Origin: Patescibacteria group bacterium
GTDB taxonomy: Bacteria; Patescibacteriota; UBA1384; XYA2-FULL-43-10; 1-14-0-10-43-13
Length of the DNA stretch: 64,000 nt
Direction of reading: 5' to 3'
Assembly: GCA_041671645.1 (NCBI GenBank)
Contig: JBAZBD010000001.1
Span: 21,561-85,560 of the forward strand
Part shown: one piece after another, positions 8,243 through 18,377 of the stretch
Position numbering within the stretch: position 1 is the stretch's first letter
Layout of the letters: each line of letters starts with the position of its first letter
Notes under the pieces: generated by a model
Seen by the model: only the letters and a program-made list of their open reading frames with translations
Told to the model about the DNA's origin: nothing
Database searches by the model: none
Translations under genes and position numbers: made by a program

Positions 8243-10544
8243 AAGTGCTACGGTATTCCGGTGTAAATCCGGTCGAAACCTGGCTCATCCCGCCTCCAGA
8301 CATTTCGTCGACCAAAACATCACGAGGCTTGGCGCCGTCTGGCGGTCCGATCACTCCGTTCTCCTCTAGTATATCGAGTAATCGTGCTGCTCTGGCATAG
8401 CCTACCTTAAGCCGACGCTGGAGTAAAGATGCGCTTGCCTTGCCAGCCGCTACGACAGTGTCGACAGCATCATTGTATAGGTCATCCTCGCTTGCTCCAT
8501 TGACTGAATTGCCGGATGATCCGTTGCGGCTAGCCCCAAAATTTGTGACTAGCTCATTGTACTGTGGCTCTGCTTGATCCTTTAGGAATTTTGTTACTTC
8601 CTCAATCTCTGGGTCAGAAACATAACAACCCTGGATACGTCGAGGCTTCTGGCCAGCGGCCATGTAGAGCATATCTCCGAATCCAAGTAATTTCTCAGAG
8701 CCAGAGACGTCCAAGATTGTGCGAGAGTCAACTTGGGAAGCGGTAGCAAAAGCAATTCTCGATGGGACATTGGCCTTGATCAAACCTGTCAAAACGTCAA
8801 CTGAAGGGCGCTGGGTCGCGATAATCAAATGCATCCCAGTCGCTCGAGCCATTTGGGCCAAACGAACGATCGAGCCTTCAACTTCTTTGGCAGAGGTTGC
8901 CATCAGATCGGCCAACTCATCGATAATAATTACAATGTAAGGCAATTTGCCCTCTGGCCCCGGATCAGAGTTGTAGGCGATAATATTGCGTTTGCCCAAT
9001 TCAGAAAACATCTTGTAGCGTCTTTCCATCTCCCAGACAGCCCATTTTAGCGCAGAAACCGTCTTGTCCACCTCAGTGACTACAGGAGTTAGAAGGTGCG
9101 GGATACTATTGTATCCAGTCAATTCAACACGCTTCGGGTCAACCAGAAGGATTTTTAGCTCCGCCGGAGAATTGTTGTAAAGCAGAGTCACGATGATAGT
9201 GTTGATACAAACTGATTTGCCCGAACCTGTCGCACCAGCGATCAGGATATGGGGCATTTTCTCGAGATCTATCGCTACCGGCTCCCCGGCTACGTCACGA
9301 CCAAGAGCTAGAGCAAGTTTGCTCTTCACGGCCGAGAATTGAGGTGCGTTCAAGATTTCACGCAGTGTAACTTTGGCAGAAACCTTATTTGGGATTTCGA
9401 TACCGACGGCGTTCTTGCCAGGGATTGGCGCTTCGATACGGATACTCTTGGCAGATAGCGCCAGAGCCAAATCATTCTGTCGAGCCACAATTTGATTTAA
9501 TTTGACGCCCTCTTTTGGCTTGATCGTATATTGAGTCACAGTCGGGCCTACATTGGCATCGCCCAAAGTAATATCCATGCTGAAGGTCTTGAGACAATTT
9601 TGGATCGCCTCGGCGTTTTTGTAAATATTGCCCGGATTCGCAACCTCGTCTAATTCTTTCAAGATTTTAATATCTGGGTATTTCCAAGCTACGCCAGGTT
9701 TGGCTGGGGTCTTAGGCGTGCGGTCTTCGGCAATTTCGAGAACTTGAGCGCGATTGACTTCCTCAAATTTGGGTGGTTTGCGGAAACCAAATCTTCTTCT
9801 AACGGCCTCAAAGACAGAAACTTTGGCGCTTGGCTGAGCCGCCTGGGCGCCGCTGTTGTTGATGTTGAGCTTGGGCCCAGTCTTGGCCTCTTCGCCCTCC
9901 TCCGACCGCTTGACGCCAAAAAGCTCCAGGATGGAAAACCCGAAGATCATAATAAGCGAGATCGCAATGAAAGCGACTGTGAGTAAAAATGTCGGGAAAA
10001 GACCGATCGCTCCCCTGAGAGGTCCAGAAATCAAATTACCAATTTCTCCGCCATAACCGCCCCTGGCGGCTACTTCCTTGGAGATATCGACGGGGATGAA
10101 TAGATGGAGGAAGGTCGGTAATGACAATAGAAGAAGGAAAATTCCGAAGAATTCAGCAACTCTGTAGCCGATTTTGCCCTTTTTGTCCTTCGGAGGGACC
10201 ATCAAACGATATGCGACGAATATAAATGAGATATCGAAGACAACTCCGCCGAATTTTCCAAACAGCCTGTAAATCACATTGGACAAGCCTTCGCCGATCG
10301 AGCCGGCTCGGCCGAAGAATCCAAGGAGGATGGTGACGCCAAGAATTAGCATTAGGATCGAAAAGATAAGCCGCCAAATTTCTTTGGGCAAGCCGAGAGA
10401 CCAATCGAAAACAAAATTGCCCCATTCGTCTTCCCTCTGATACCAGCGTCTGGTTGGTTTGTTTTTTGGATGAATTCTTTTTCTGCCCAATTTTCCCTCT
10501 TTGTGCACTCTATTATTTTTGAAAACTTTCCAGCATAACAACAA
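8202..10544 (-). CDS. ftsK: DNA translocase FtsK/SpoIIIE
   Basis: N-terminal TM segments, a linker, a motor domain with Walker A GATGSGKSVCIN and a C-terminal winged-helix gamma domain. The exact start is uncertain; the track ORF may extend upstream of the true start. Confidence 0.9.
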   Translation of the reverse strand: MLLCWKVFKNNRVHKEGKLGRKRIHPKNKPTRRWYQREDEWGNFVFDWSLGLPKEIWRLIFSILMLILGVTILLGFFGRAGSIGEGLSNVIYRLFGKFGGVVFDISFIFVAYRLMVPPKDKKGKIGYRVAEFFGIFLLLLSLPTFLHLFIPVDISKEVAARGGYGGEIGNLISGPLRGAIGLFPTFLLTVAFIAISLIMIFGFSILELFGVKRSEEGEEAKTGPKLNINNSGAQAAQPSAKVSVFEAVRRRFGFRKPPKFEEVNRAQVLEIAEDRTPKTPAKPGVAWKYPDIKILKELDEVANPGNIYKNAEAIQNCLKTFSMDITLGDANVGPTVTQYTIKPKEGVKLNQIVARQNDLALALSAKSIRIEAPIPGKNAVGIEIPNKVSAKVTLREILNAPQFSAVKSKLALALGRDVAGEPVAIDLEKMPHILIAGATGSGKSVCINTIIVTLLYNNSPAELKILLVDPKRVELTGYNSIPHLLTPVVTEVDKTVSALKWAVWEMERRYKMFSELGKRNIIAYNSDPGPEGKLPYIVIIIDELADLMATSAKEVEGSIVRLAQMARATGMHLIIATQRPSVDVLTGLIKANVPSRIAFATASQVDSRTILDVSGSEKLLGFGDMLYMAAGQKPRRIQGCYVSDPEIEEVTKFLKDQAEPQYNELVTNFGASRNGSSGNSVNGASEDDLYNDAVDTVVAAGKASASLLQRRLKVGYARAARLLDILEENGVIGPPDGAKPRDVLVDEMSGGGMSQVSTGFTPEYRSTYDSSKDYPEDEKI

Positions 10545-10602
10545 ATTGGAATACCGAGTGCATTCTCCTTTAATTATAGATCAAAGCAAATCTCAGCGCA
10601 AC

Positions 10603-10634
10603 AAAAAGGAACTGTATTCCTACAGTTCCTTTTT
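10603..10634. terminator. Bidirectional rho-independent terminator downstream of the RNase J gene
   Basis: AAAAAGGAACTG-tattccta-CAGTTCCTTTTT is a perfect 8-bp GC-containing stem flanked by an A-run and a T-run. Confidence 0.65.
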
Positions 10635-10655
10635 GTATTGTTACCAAGATTCTAT

Positions 10656-12617
10656 TTAGACCTCGATAATGACTGGGATGATCATTGGCTTTCGCTCTGT
10701 CTCTTTGAAGAGATAATCGCCGAGTTCGTCACGAAGCTTTTGTTTGGCCACAGTATAGTCAGGTTTGCCCTTACCAGGCGCAGTATATTTGACGAAAATT
10801 CGCTTGACCTCTGCTCTGGCCTTGTGGACCAAGTCTTCGCTCTCACGCATGTAGATGAAGCCTCGAGAAATAATATCTGGTGAGGTCAGGATCTGACCTG
10901 TCTGGTGATTAACTGTGACGATGATGACGAAGATACCATCTTCTGCCATCGCTTTTCGATCACGAAGCACGATGTTTCCAACGTCGCCGACGCCCAAACC
11001 GTCAACCATGACGTAGGATGCAGGAACTCTCTTGTTGGTGACTTCGCCCTTGCCATTTGAGAATTCGATCACTTGACCGTCATCTCCGACTAGACAGTGA
11101 GCTTCGTCGACGATGCCCATCTCCCTAGCAATCTGGCAGTGAAGCATAAGTTTGTGACGCTCTCCGTGGAAAGGAATCAGATATTTTGGTTTGATCAAGG
11201 CGAGCATTAGTTTCAAATCCTCCTGATTGGCGTGGCCAGAGGTGTGAACATCCATCAATCTCTGATAAATGACCTGGGCACCAGTACGGAACAAACTGTC
11301 CATCAGGCTAGAAACTGCTCGCTCGTTGCCAGGAATTGGAGAAGAAGAAAGGATAACAAGGTCGCCCTTCTTCATTTTCACATTTCGATCTTCGCCATTG
11401 GCGATACGAGTCAGAGCGGCATTATCTTCACCCTGTGAGCCGGTGCAGACAACGACAACACGATCGTCGGCATATTTGCCAAGATCTTTGACATCAATCA
11501 TGGTGTCTTTTGGCAAAAATAAAGCTTCAAGCGAAAGTGCGATCTCAACAGTTTTGACCATGCTTCGTCCGACAAAACAAACCTTGCGGTTCAATTTCTT
11601 CGAGACATTTAGGACTTGCTGGATACGACCGATCAGAGTTGAGAATGTTGAGACAATAATTCTATTATCACATCTCTCCATAATCGACATCAGAGAATCT
11701 TCGAGAACTTTCTCGGAGATGGAAACGCCTGGTTTCTCAATATTTGTTGATTCTGAAAGCATTACAAGTGGCTTTCGAGCGCCAATCATGGCGAGTCCCG
11801 AAAAATCAGCCGGTTTACCATCAGCTGGAGTATGATCAAATTTGAAGTCTCCAGTCACAACGATGACGCCCTCAGGACTGGTAATACAAAATCCCATTGC
11901 CTGAGGGATAGAGTGGTTGACCTTGAAAGTTTCAATTTTGAAACAGCCAAGCTGGAGAGTGTCTTCTCCGATTTTCATCGAGGACATTTTGACTTTGTTG
12001 TCTAGACCAAATTCCTCAAGTTTGCTCTTGATAATTCCGAGAGTCAAAGGAGCTGAATAAATGGTCGGTGAGCCAAGTTTCTCATAAACGTAAGGAATGG
12101 CGCCAATATGGTCCAGGTGGCCATGAGTGATCAGCAGTCCTCGGATCTTCGACTTGTTTTGCTCCAAATAAGAAACATCAGGGATGACATAGTCAACGCC
12201 TGGCATAGTCTCGTCTGGGAACATGAAACCCATGTCGATAATAATAATATCGTTTTTGTACTCGATCACGGTGGTATTTTTGCCACCGGTTTCTTCAACA
12301 CCGCCGAGTGGGATGATCTTCAATTTTGGTTCGTAAAAAAACTTCGATTTGTAATTGTCATCGATCTGCTGAGCAGTGAAGCGGGGTTCGCCCTGAGCAG
12401 GCTCCTTGCGAGCAGTATCTTCCTTCTTCGGCTCAACCTTTTGAGCTGTGTATCTTGGCTCTGGGTTGTTGCCCTTTGGAGCCAAATTGATAGAGCGTCG
12501 AAATTCGTGTCTAGGCGAGTGCGCCTCCACGATATCGTGCTTTAGGGCCGCGTCCAACGGACTTGTTTTGATTGGTTTAGAGTTCATTGGATTCTGTGTT
12601 TTAATTTGTTCATTCAT
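10656..12617 (-). CDS. rnj: Ribonuclease J (metallo-beta-lactamase/beta-CASP) with a low-complexity N-terminal extension of about 95 aa
   Basis: HGHLDHIG zinc-binding motif, beta-CASP and C-terminal RNase J domains. The first ~95 residues are a K/E/P-rich extension ahead of the usual KIIPLGG start. Confidence 0.85.
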   Translation of the reverse strand: MNEQIKTQNPMNSKPIKTSPLDAALKHDIVEAHSPRHEFRRSINLAPKGNNPEPRYTAQKVEPKKEDTARKEPAQGEPRFTAQQIDDNYKSKFFYEPKLKIIPLGGVEETGGKNTTVIEYKNDIIIIDMGFMFPDETMPGVDYVIPDVSYLEQNKSKIRGLLITHGHLDHIGAIPYVYEKLGSPTIYSAPLTLGIIKSKLEEFGLDNKVKMSSMKIGEDTLQLGCFKIETFKVNHSIPQAMGFCITSPEGVIVVTGDFKFDHTPADGKPADFSGLAMIGARKPLVMLSESTNIEKPGVSISEKVLEDSLMSIMERCDNRIIVSTFSTLIGRIQQVLNVSKKLNRKVCFVGRSMVKTVEIALSLEALFLPKDTMIDVKDLGKYADDRVVVVCTGSQGEDNAALTRIANGEDRNVKMKKGDLVILSSSPIPGNERAVSSLMDSLFRTGAQVIYQRLMDVHTSGHANQEDLKLMLALIKPKYLIPFHGERHKLMLHCQIAREMGIVDEAHCLVGDDGQVIEFSNGKGEVTNKRVPASYVMVDGLGVGDVGNIVLRDRKAMAEDGIFVIIVTVNHQTGQILTSPDIISRGFIYMRESEDLVHKARAEVKRIFVKYTAPGKGKPDYTVAKQKLRDELGDYLFKETERKPMIIPVIIEV

Positions 12618-12711
12618 AATGTTAAATCTTTATTTCTTAATTCTTACTTCTTAATTTTTATTCAATTTTTAATTAATAATTAATAATTCATTAGAAACTA
12701 GTAATTAAAAA

Positions 12712-13335
12712 TTAAATGAGGGTCTCTTGTTTCGATTGGTCCTTTTCTTCTTTTTTAAATTCTTCAATTTTGTTTAATATTGCGGGGATCTTTTGAAAAT
12801 CTGAGATCAGAGTGCTGCGGAGTCCTCCGTTGTGCAGAGCGGCGGCAGGATGGTAGAGGGGCAGATAGACAATACCGTTGGGCCGCTTGAGCGCTTTGCC
12901 ATGGATTTTGGAAATACCAGGCATTCCAGGCAAAAGCGTGGTAGCGGCGTGGCGGCCGAGCGCAACGATCAGTCTGGGCTTGATTAATTCAATCTGTTTT
13001 TCTAGATATGGGCGGCAAACTGATTTTTCATCATCTTCGGGGTCGCGGTTTTCAGGCGGACGGCATTTTACCGAGTTGGTGATAAATATTTTGTCGCGGT
13101 CGAGCTCAATGCTTGCAAGCATCTCGTCCAAGAATTTTCCGGCGGCGCCACAGAAAGGGATTCCCTCTTTGTCTTCATTGGCGCCAGGTGCCTCACCGAT
13201 AAACATTACGCGTGAACTATAATCTCCCGAACCAGGAACCGCTTTGGTCCTCGTCTCAGAAAGTCGGCATTTAGTGCAAACCGAAACCTGGTCACAAATG
13301 GCGTCGAGTGCTTCTTTTCGTTCTGTTTCAATCAT
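12712..13335 (-). CDS. Uracil-DNA glycosylase, family 4 (Fe-S type)
   Basis: Motifs CTKCRL..R...V.G.G and GEAPGANED...PF.G.AG are characteristic of family-4 UDG. A start at the internal Met (MIETERK) is preferred. Confidence 0.8.
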   Translation of the reverse strand: MIETERKEALDAICDQVSVCTKCRLSETRTKAVPGSGDYSSRVMFIGEAPGANEDKEGIPFCGAAGKFLDEMLASIELDRDKIFITNSVKCRPPENRDPEDDEKSVCRPYLEKQIELIKPRLIVALGRHAATTLLPGMPGISKIHGKALKRPNGIVYLPLYHPAAALHNGGLRSTLISDFQKIPAILNKIEEFKKEEKDQSKQETLI

Positions 13336-13429
13336 TAAGCAAAAAATATAGAAAAATATCAAATAAGTTCAAAAAACGAAATGGCTTGAGTGCGTTTGTT
13401 TATGTTGTTATAAGATTAACACAACTTTT

Positions 13430-15979
13430 TTATTTTGTCAACCGAGCCGCCCGTTTGTCATGCACGGCGCGAATGATTTCTGCACCGAGGAACGAAATAA
13501 TGACAAGAGTTAAGAGGATAGTAATATCACGAGAGTTAAGAGCGACAATTCCGAAAACATGTCGGAGCGAAGGTAGGAATATCACAACTTGCAGAAGACC
13601 AACAACCAAAACTGAGAGCCATAAATATGGATTCCGGAAGAATGCGGCAGGGCTCTGCCAAATTCTTTTCTTCGATCGAATTGATACGACAAAAGCCAAA
13701 TTCATAAAGACCAGATAGGTAAATAATACTGTGCGAGCGTGAATTGGAGAGAAATTTTCGATAGCGTAGAGATACAAGCCAAGGCCGATTGTGAAGGACA
13801 ACACAGCCAATGAGAGGCCATAAGTCATAGAGATTTTGAGCGCGTTCTTCTTGGAGGAGCGCGGGGGCTGGCTCAGGACTTCTTTCTCTGGTTTTTCAAA
13901 ACAAAGCGCCAGCGCTGGCAAAGAATCGGTAATCAGATTGATCCAAAGAATCTGGATCGTTGTAATGGGCAGCGGCAGATTGAAACCGAAACCGACGCCA
14001 ACCAGAAAAAGCTCGACTAAATTGCCCGAGACGAGAAACACTACAATATTTTTGATATTGTCATAAATCGTCCGACCGTACTCTACCGCTGACAAAATTG
14101 TGGCATACTTGTCATCCAGAAGGACAATATCGGCCGAATCCTTGGCGATATCCGTCCCCTTTTGTCCCATGGCAATGCCAACGTCAGCTTTCTTGAGAGC
14201 TGGAGCGTCATTGATGCCATCCCCTGTCATCGCGACACAATATCCCTGACGCTGGAAAAGTTCTACAATTCTAATCTTGTCTGCCGGCGCGATCCGAGCA
14301 AATATTTTGACCTTTTTGATAATCTCTAGGAGTTCCCGATCGCTCTTTTTCTCCAGCATTTCGCCGATTATGATCTCATCGTCTTCAATCGAGATACCAA
14401 CTTTTTCGGCGATAAACCGAGCTGTTTCTGGGTGATCTCCCGTCAAAATGACTGGACGTATTCCCGCCTTTATCGCAAGCGCGATTGCTTCCTTGACTCC
14501 CTCCGACGGTTCGTCGGCCAGAGCGAAGAAGCCCTTGAAGGTCATGCCAGCCAAAGCGCTACTTTTTAGAGAACTCAAATGCTTGTCGGCTAGCGCGATT
14601 ACCTTGTACCCAAAGGCGGAAAGCTTGTGAGCCTCTTCTAATATCTTTTCTTTCTCACTTTGCTTGAGAACACAAAATTCAACAATTTTTTCGGTAGTGC
14701 CCTTGGCAATCAGCGACTTTTTACCCGCGGAGTTGACGATAACTCCCATGTATTTCTTTTCAGAATCAAATGGAATCTCGAAAATTCTTTCGTAATTTTT
14801 GGCAAAATATCGATCCAGGTGACTATGAGTTTTGGCCAGATTAGCTATCGCCACCTCGACAGAATCACCTAGAAAATCGGAATTCCCCTCCAAATTTAAG
14901 TTTGAACAAGCCAGCCCATGGACAATAAAATGACCGGCTTCGCTCTCTCTGATTCGATCAATGTTTTTCTTGGTGCTGATTTGTTCAAATTTTCCTCGAT
15001 CATAAAGACAAATCTCGCCAACTTCGAGATCGTTGTTGGTTAGTGTACCAGTCTTGTCGGTCGCAATAATGCTTACACTTCCTAGTGTCTCTACGGCTGA
15101 CATTTTCTTTACCAACGCCTTTTTCTTCGCCATTCTAGAAACACCAATCGCTAGAGCCAAAGTAATGGCGGTTGGCAAACTCTCCGGTACGACAGCCACC
15201 AGGAGGGCAATCGTAAAGGTGAGCAACTCTAGGACTTCGATCTGGCGAAATAATCCGAGCGCGAAGATGACCACACAAGCGGCTACTGCGAGCAGAGTCA
15301 GTTTCTTGGCCAGATAGATTATTTGCTTTTCCAGAGGAGTCTTTTCTTTCTCTTCGAGGGTCAGACTAGCGATTTTACCAAATTCTGTCTCCGCACCCGT
15401 AGCAACCACGATTCCCCGAGAGTGGCCAGAAACAATAATATCGCCGTTGAAAAGCATATTGATCTGGTCAGGCAGAGCCTTCTTTTTCGAAAGTGTCTTG
15501 GCGTTTTTGCTGACCGGCAGAGATTCGCCAGTCAGAGCCGACTCATTGACCTCTAGAGACTGCGCTTCAATAATTCGTAGGTCTGCAGGGACTTTCCCGC
15601 CTGCTTCGATCAGAACGATGTCACCACGTACAAGTAATGCGCTCTCGATCTCGATCACCTTTCCGCCGCGTAAAACTCTTGCCCGTGAGGTAAAATTACT
15701 CTTGAGATCCTGGAGCGTTCTCTCTGCCTTGTATTCCTGAAAAAAGCCAAAAATGACGTTAAGCAAAACTATCGCCAACAATATCAGTGATTGCGCCACT
15801 CCGTCGACAAAGTATGAAATCGTAGCCGCACCTAGGATAAGCAAGATGAATAAATTCTTAAATTGATTCAGAAGGATACGCCAAATCCCTCCCGTACTGG
15901 TCTCGACGAGAGAATTTGGGCCGTCTTGTTGGAGACGAAGACTGGCTTTGGCTTGTGAAAGGCCTGTTTCCGGATCCAC
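13430..15979 (-). CDS. P-type cation-transporting ATPase (type II, Ca2+/Mg2+-like)
   Basis: DKTGTLT phosphorylation motif, TGDGINDAPAL hinge, PESLP in TM4 and 10 TM helices. Apparent GTG start at 15979. Confidence 0.85.
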   Translation of the reverse strand: MDPETGLSQAKASLRLQQDGPNSLVETSTGGIWRILLNQFKNLFILLILGAATISYFVDGVAQSLILLAIVLLNVIFGFFQEYKAERTLQDLKSNFTSRARVLRGGKVIEIESALLVRGDIVLIEAGGKVPADLRIIEAQSLEVNESALTGESLPVSKNAKTLSKKKALPDQINMLFNGDIIVSGHSRGIVVATGAETEFGKIASLTLEEKEKTPLEKQIIYLAKKLTLLAVAACVVIFALGLFRQIEVLELLTFTIALLVAVVPESLPTAITLALAIGVSRMAKKKALVKKMSAVETLGSVSIIATDKTGTLTNNDLEVGEICLYDRGKFEQISTKKNIDRIRESEAGHFIVHGLACSNLNLEGNSDFLGDSVEVAIANLAKTHSHLDRYFAKNYERIFEIPFDSEKKYMGVIVNSAGKKSLIAKGTTEKIVEFCVLKQSEKEKILEEAHKLSAFGYKVIALADKHLSSLKSSALAGMTFKGFFALADEPSEGVKEAIALAIKAGIRPVILTGDHPETARFIAEKVGISIEDDEIIIGEMLEKKSDRELLEIIKKVKIFARIAPADKIRIVELFQRQGYCVAMTGDGINDAPALKKADVGIAMGQKGTDIAKDSADIVLLDDKYATILSAVEYGRTIYDNIKNIVVFLVSGNLVELFLVGVGFGFNLPLPITTIQILWINLITDSLPALALCFEKPEKEVLSQPPRSSKKNALKISMTYGLSLAVLSFTIGLGLYLYAIENFSPIHARTVLFTYLVFMNLAFVVSIRSKKRIWQSPAAFFRNPYLWLSVLVVGLLQVVIFLPSLRHVFGIVALNSRDITILLTLVIISFLGAEIIRAVHDKRAARLTK

Positions 15980-16125
15980 CCCAAAATGCTCTAGGACTTT
16001 TGGGATATCCCATTCATAATAATTATTCTTTTGCGTAACCCCTCCTTATTTAGTCGGGAGCAGGGAGTTCGGAGTCGGGAGATAAAATTGTGGTCTCCTC
16101 CTAACTACTAACTCCTAACTATCAA

Positions 16126-18003
16126 CTAGCTCTGTTTTGGGCAGCTCCCGCCCATATCCACTGCAGTTTCGTCACCGTCCTGGACTCCGTTTGAGCAATT
16201 TGCCGGGACAGCTGTGCCCGTGCCGACGAGCCAGCGCTCCTGCCAGGGTACGTAGACTGACTTGAAAGTCCTGGTTTGCAAATCAGTACCGTCGGCGGCT
16301 GTGACTTTATAATTAAAGCTGGCGGTCGCGCCCTGATGCGATTTCTCAATTCGTTTGGTCTCCCCTGCCGCCATGGTCGGAGTTTCGACATAGACCGGCG
16401 GATCTGGGTTGGTGTAGTCATAAACCGTCGGAGTCGAGACCTCGATTTTCCGACTGTCTTTCGTGCCATAGAAGTCGAAGATGATCTTGGTGCCCTCAAT
16501 CCTTGATTGAATCAAAACCGAGTTAGCGTAATTGTTGACGAACTTGAAATCTGGAGCCGGGTCATAGATCGTGGCGTCCATCCCGACGGGAGGCTCATAA
16601 TACGAAACTCGGTATTTGTGATTTTGGCGATCGGTAATCTTCATGCCCGAATTGAGAGCAGCTCGGAATAAAGTCGAGGACACTTGGCAAAGCCCGCCAC
16701 CAAATTCTGGAGTTGTCGAATTATCCTTGATCACCAGCTCCTCAAGGTAGCCAGTCGAGGCGTCGATAGCGCCCAGGTGAGCCAGAGTCGAAAATTCCTC
16801 TCCTGGTTTGAGCAAAACTCCGTTCAGGGCGGCCGCGCCTACGGTCAAATTGTGCACACGGTTCACCGGAGAGCCTTTGAAATTGGTCATAGCAGTACCG
16901 ATCTGCTCGTTGATACCGAGACTGGCGATATCAGTATCTGCTACGTCCGGCTTCTTCTCGGTGATGACAAGAGCGATGGTTTTGGTATCAGTAGCGGCCA
17001 TATTGGTAGAGACACGGGCCAGAATTAGGCTCTTGATACTCTCTGTCACGCTATCTTGATTGAGCGAACGCCCATTTTTTGAAGGAGTGAAGACGGTCAC
17101 TTTGCCATTTTCGACAATAAGTTTGGAGCTAACTGGTTCGTTGTCTATGCCTTTGGCCAGCGCTTCGCTAAATTTTCTAATACGAGTATCGTTGGTGCTA
17201 AGCTTCATATTGGCATCATCGCTGACGAACCCAAAGAATCCGGCCAGTGTATCTTTGTCTATTTTGATCTCCTGGTCTGATCCAGTTAAAGTGATTTCTC
17301 CGCCGTCAATTATCTGATTTGCCTTGGCCAGAGCGGCATTTGCGTTTTCGATCGTAATCGTCGGCTTGTAATTTTCTCTCTCGAAAGCGATATCCAGGCA
17401 TCGGATCGCCTGGAAACAAGACTGGAAGGCCTCATTCATCTTTAGCTGGTTGAGCCTTTTGCCCTCCTGGCGTTTGTCGACAAGCGTGAATCTATCGCCG
17501 TTGTATTCCAGAGTGTAATCTTTGGCATTTTCGTCAATTTCCTTGGCGATGCTGGCAATCTTTTCGGCCAGTTGAGTCGCATTGTAGGTGTAGACGGCCG
17601 GATGGACAGAATCTTTGTAGACAGTCTCCAATTGCGCCCAAGCCGCCTTGGCGACCCTCTCGTCACGACCAACCTGCCAAAGGCTATTTACTGTTGCATC
17701 CAGATCATACTGGAGCCCAATATCGCTCGGATTGATAGAGTACTCCGCGCCAGTCTCCATGTAAATCAATTTGATCGGATTTTTGAGGACATCTCCAGCA
17801 TTTGATGATAATTCTTCTGAGGCGCTCTTCTTCTTCATCCCGCCCAGGTCGAGTTCGCCGATATGTTGCCGTGGAAAGATTTTTTTCGAGTAAAAGAGTG
17901 AATATCCAGCGAATAGAATCAATGACAACGCCAAAAGGCCCGCTACCGCTAGCAGTCCGATCCGCAGAATTTTCTTCGTTTTTGGCTTAATGTGCATCGC
18001 CAA
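16126..18003 (-). CDS. VanW-domain protein with an N-terminal membrane anchor
   Basis: N-terminal TM helix; central VanW-like region (GGGLCQVSSTLFRAALNSG...HKYRVSYYEP); Cys-containing C-terminal tail. Confidence 0.65.
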   Translation of the reverse strand: MAMHIKPKTKKILRIGLLAVAGLLALSLILFAGYSLFYSKKIFPRQHIGELDLGGMKKKSASEELSSNAGDVLKNPIKLIYMETGAEYSINPSDIGLQYDLDATVNSLWQVGRDERVAKAAWAQLETVYKDSVHPAVYTYNATQLAEKIASIAKEIDENAKDYTLEYNGDRFTLVDKRQEGKRLNQLKMNEAFQSCFQAIRCLDIAFERENYKPTITIENANAALAKANQIIDGGEITLTGSDQEIKIDKDTLAGFFGFVSDDANMKLSTNDTRIRKFSEALAKGIDNEPVSSKLIVENGKVTVFTPSKNGRSLNQDSVTESIKSLILARVSTNMAATDTKTIALVITEKKPDVADTDIASLGINEQIGTAMTNFKGSPVNRVHNLTVGAAALNGVLLKPGEEFSTLAHLGAIDASTGYLEELVIKDNSTTPEFGGGLCQVSSTLFRAALNSGMKITDRQNHKYRVSYYEPPVGMDATIYDPAPDFKFVNNYANSVLIQSRIEGTKIIFDFYGTKDSRKIEVSTPTVYDYTNPDPPVYVETPTMAAGETKRIEKSHQGATASFNYKVTAADGTDLQTRTFKSVYVPWQERWLVGTGTAVPANCSNGVQDGDETAVDMGGSCPKQS

Positions 18004-18119
18004 TATTAATCATTTATCTGTATATTCACATCTTAACAACTGAGGGGAAATATTGGAAGGCCATACGAAAAATGGAGCAACTGATTTTCACCAGTCGCCC
18101 CATTTATATTTGAATCAAC

Positions 18120-18377
18120 TTATTCTTTGATATCGAGTATCTCGTTCAAAATATCTTTGGCCTGTTTTTCCTTCTCGATTTGTTTGACTTCGTTGTCAGA
18201 AATCGTCAGCACCACTATCTTGCCTTCGACGATCTCTTTTGATAATAACTTCTTGGGCAGGATTAACTCTTCGTCATTTTCATCAAGAAGGACTGCCTTG
18301 TCGCCCTCGAATCTGTCTAGAGAATATTCGTGTTCAGTTGTGTTTTTTTCTTTTCTTATCATATTAAACACAAACAT
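18120..18377 (-). CDS. Small DUF3006-family protein
   Basis: 85 aa. The pattern DRFEGDKAVLLDENDEELILPKKLL...EGKIVVL matches the DUF3006 consensus. Confidence 0.5.
   Translation of the reverse strand: MFVFNMIRKEKNTTEHEYSLDRFEGDKAVLLDENDEELILPKKLLSKEIVEGKIVVLTISDNEVKQIEKEKQAKDILNEILDIKE

Noticed and set aside
12618-12711. AT-rich repetitive intergenic region considered as a CRISPR-like or mobile-element remnant
   Set aside because: Repeats are only 7 nt with no spacer structure and no cas or transposase genes nearby; the region is consistent with an AT-rich promoter.
15980-16125. Possible M-box (Mg2+) riboswitch upstream of the P-type ATPase
   Set aside because: There is a GTTAGG..GAGG-like start, but conserved M-box elements (GCCCAAAAATGTC and the downstream helices) are absent. 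The region is better described as heptad repeats plus a small hairpin.
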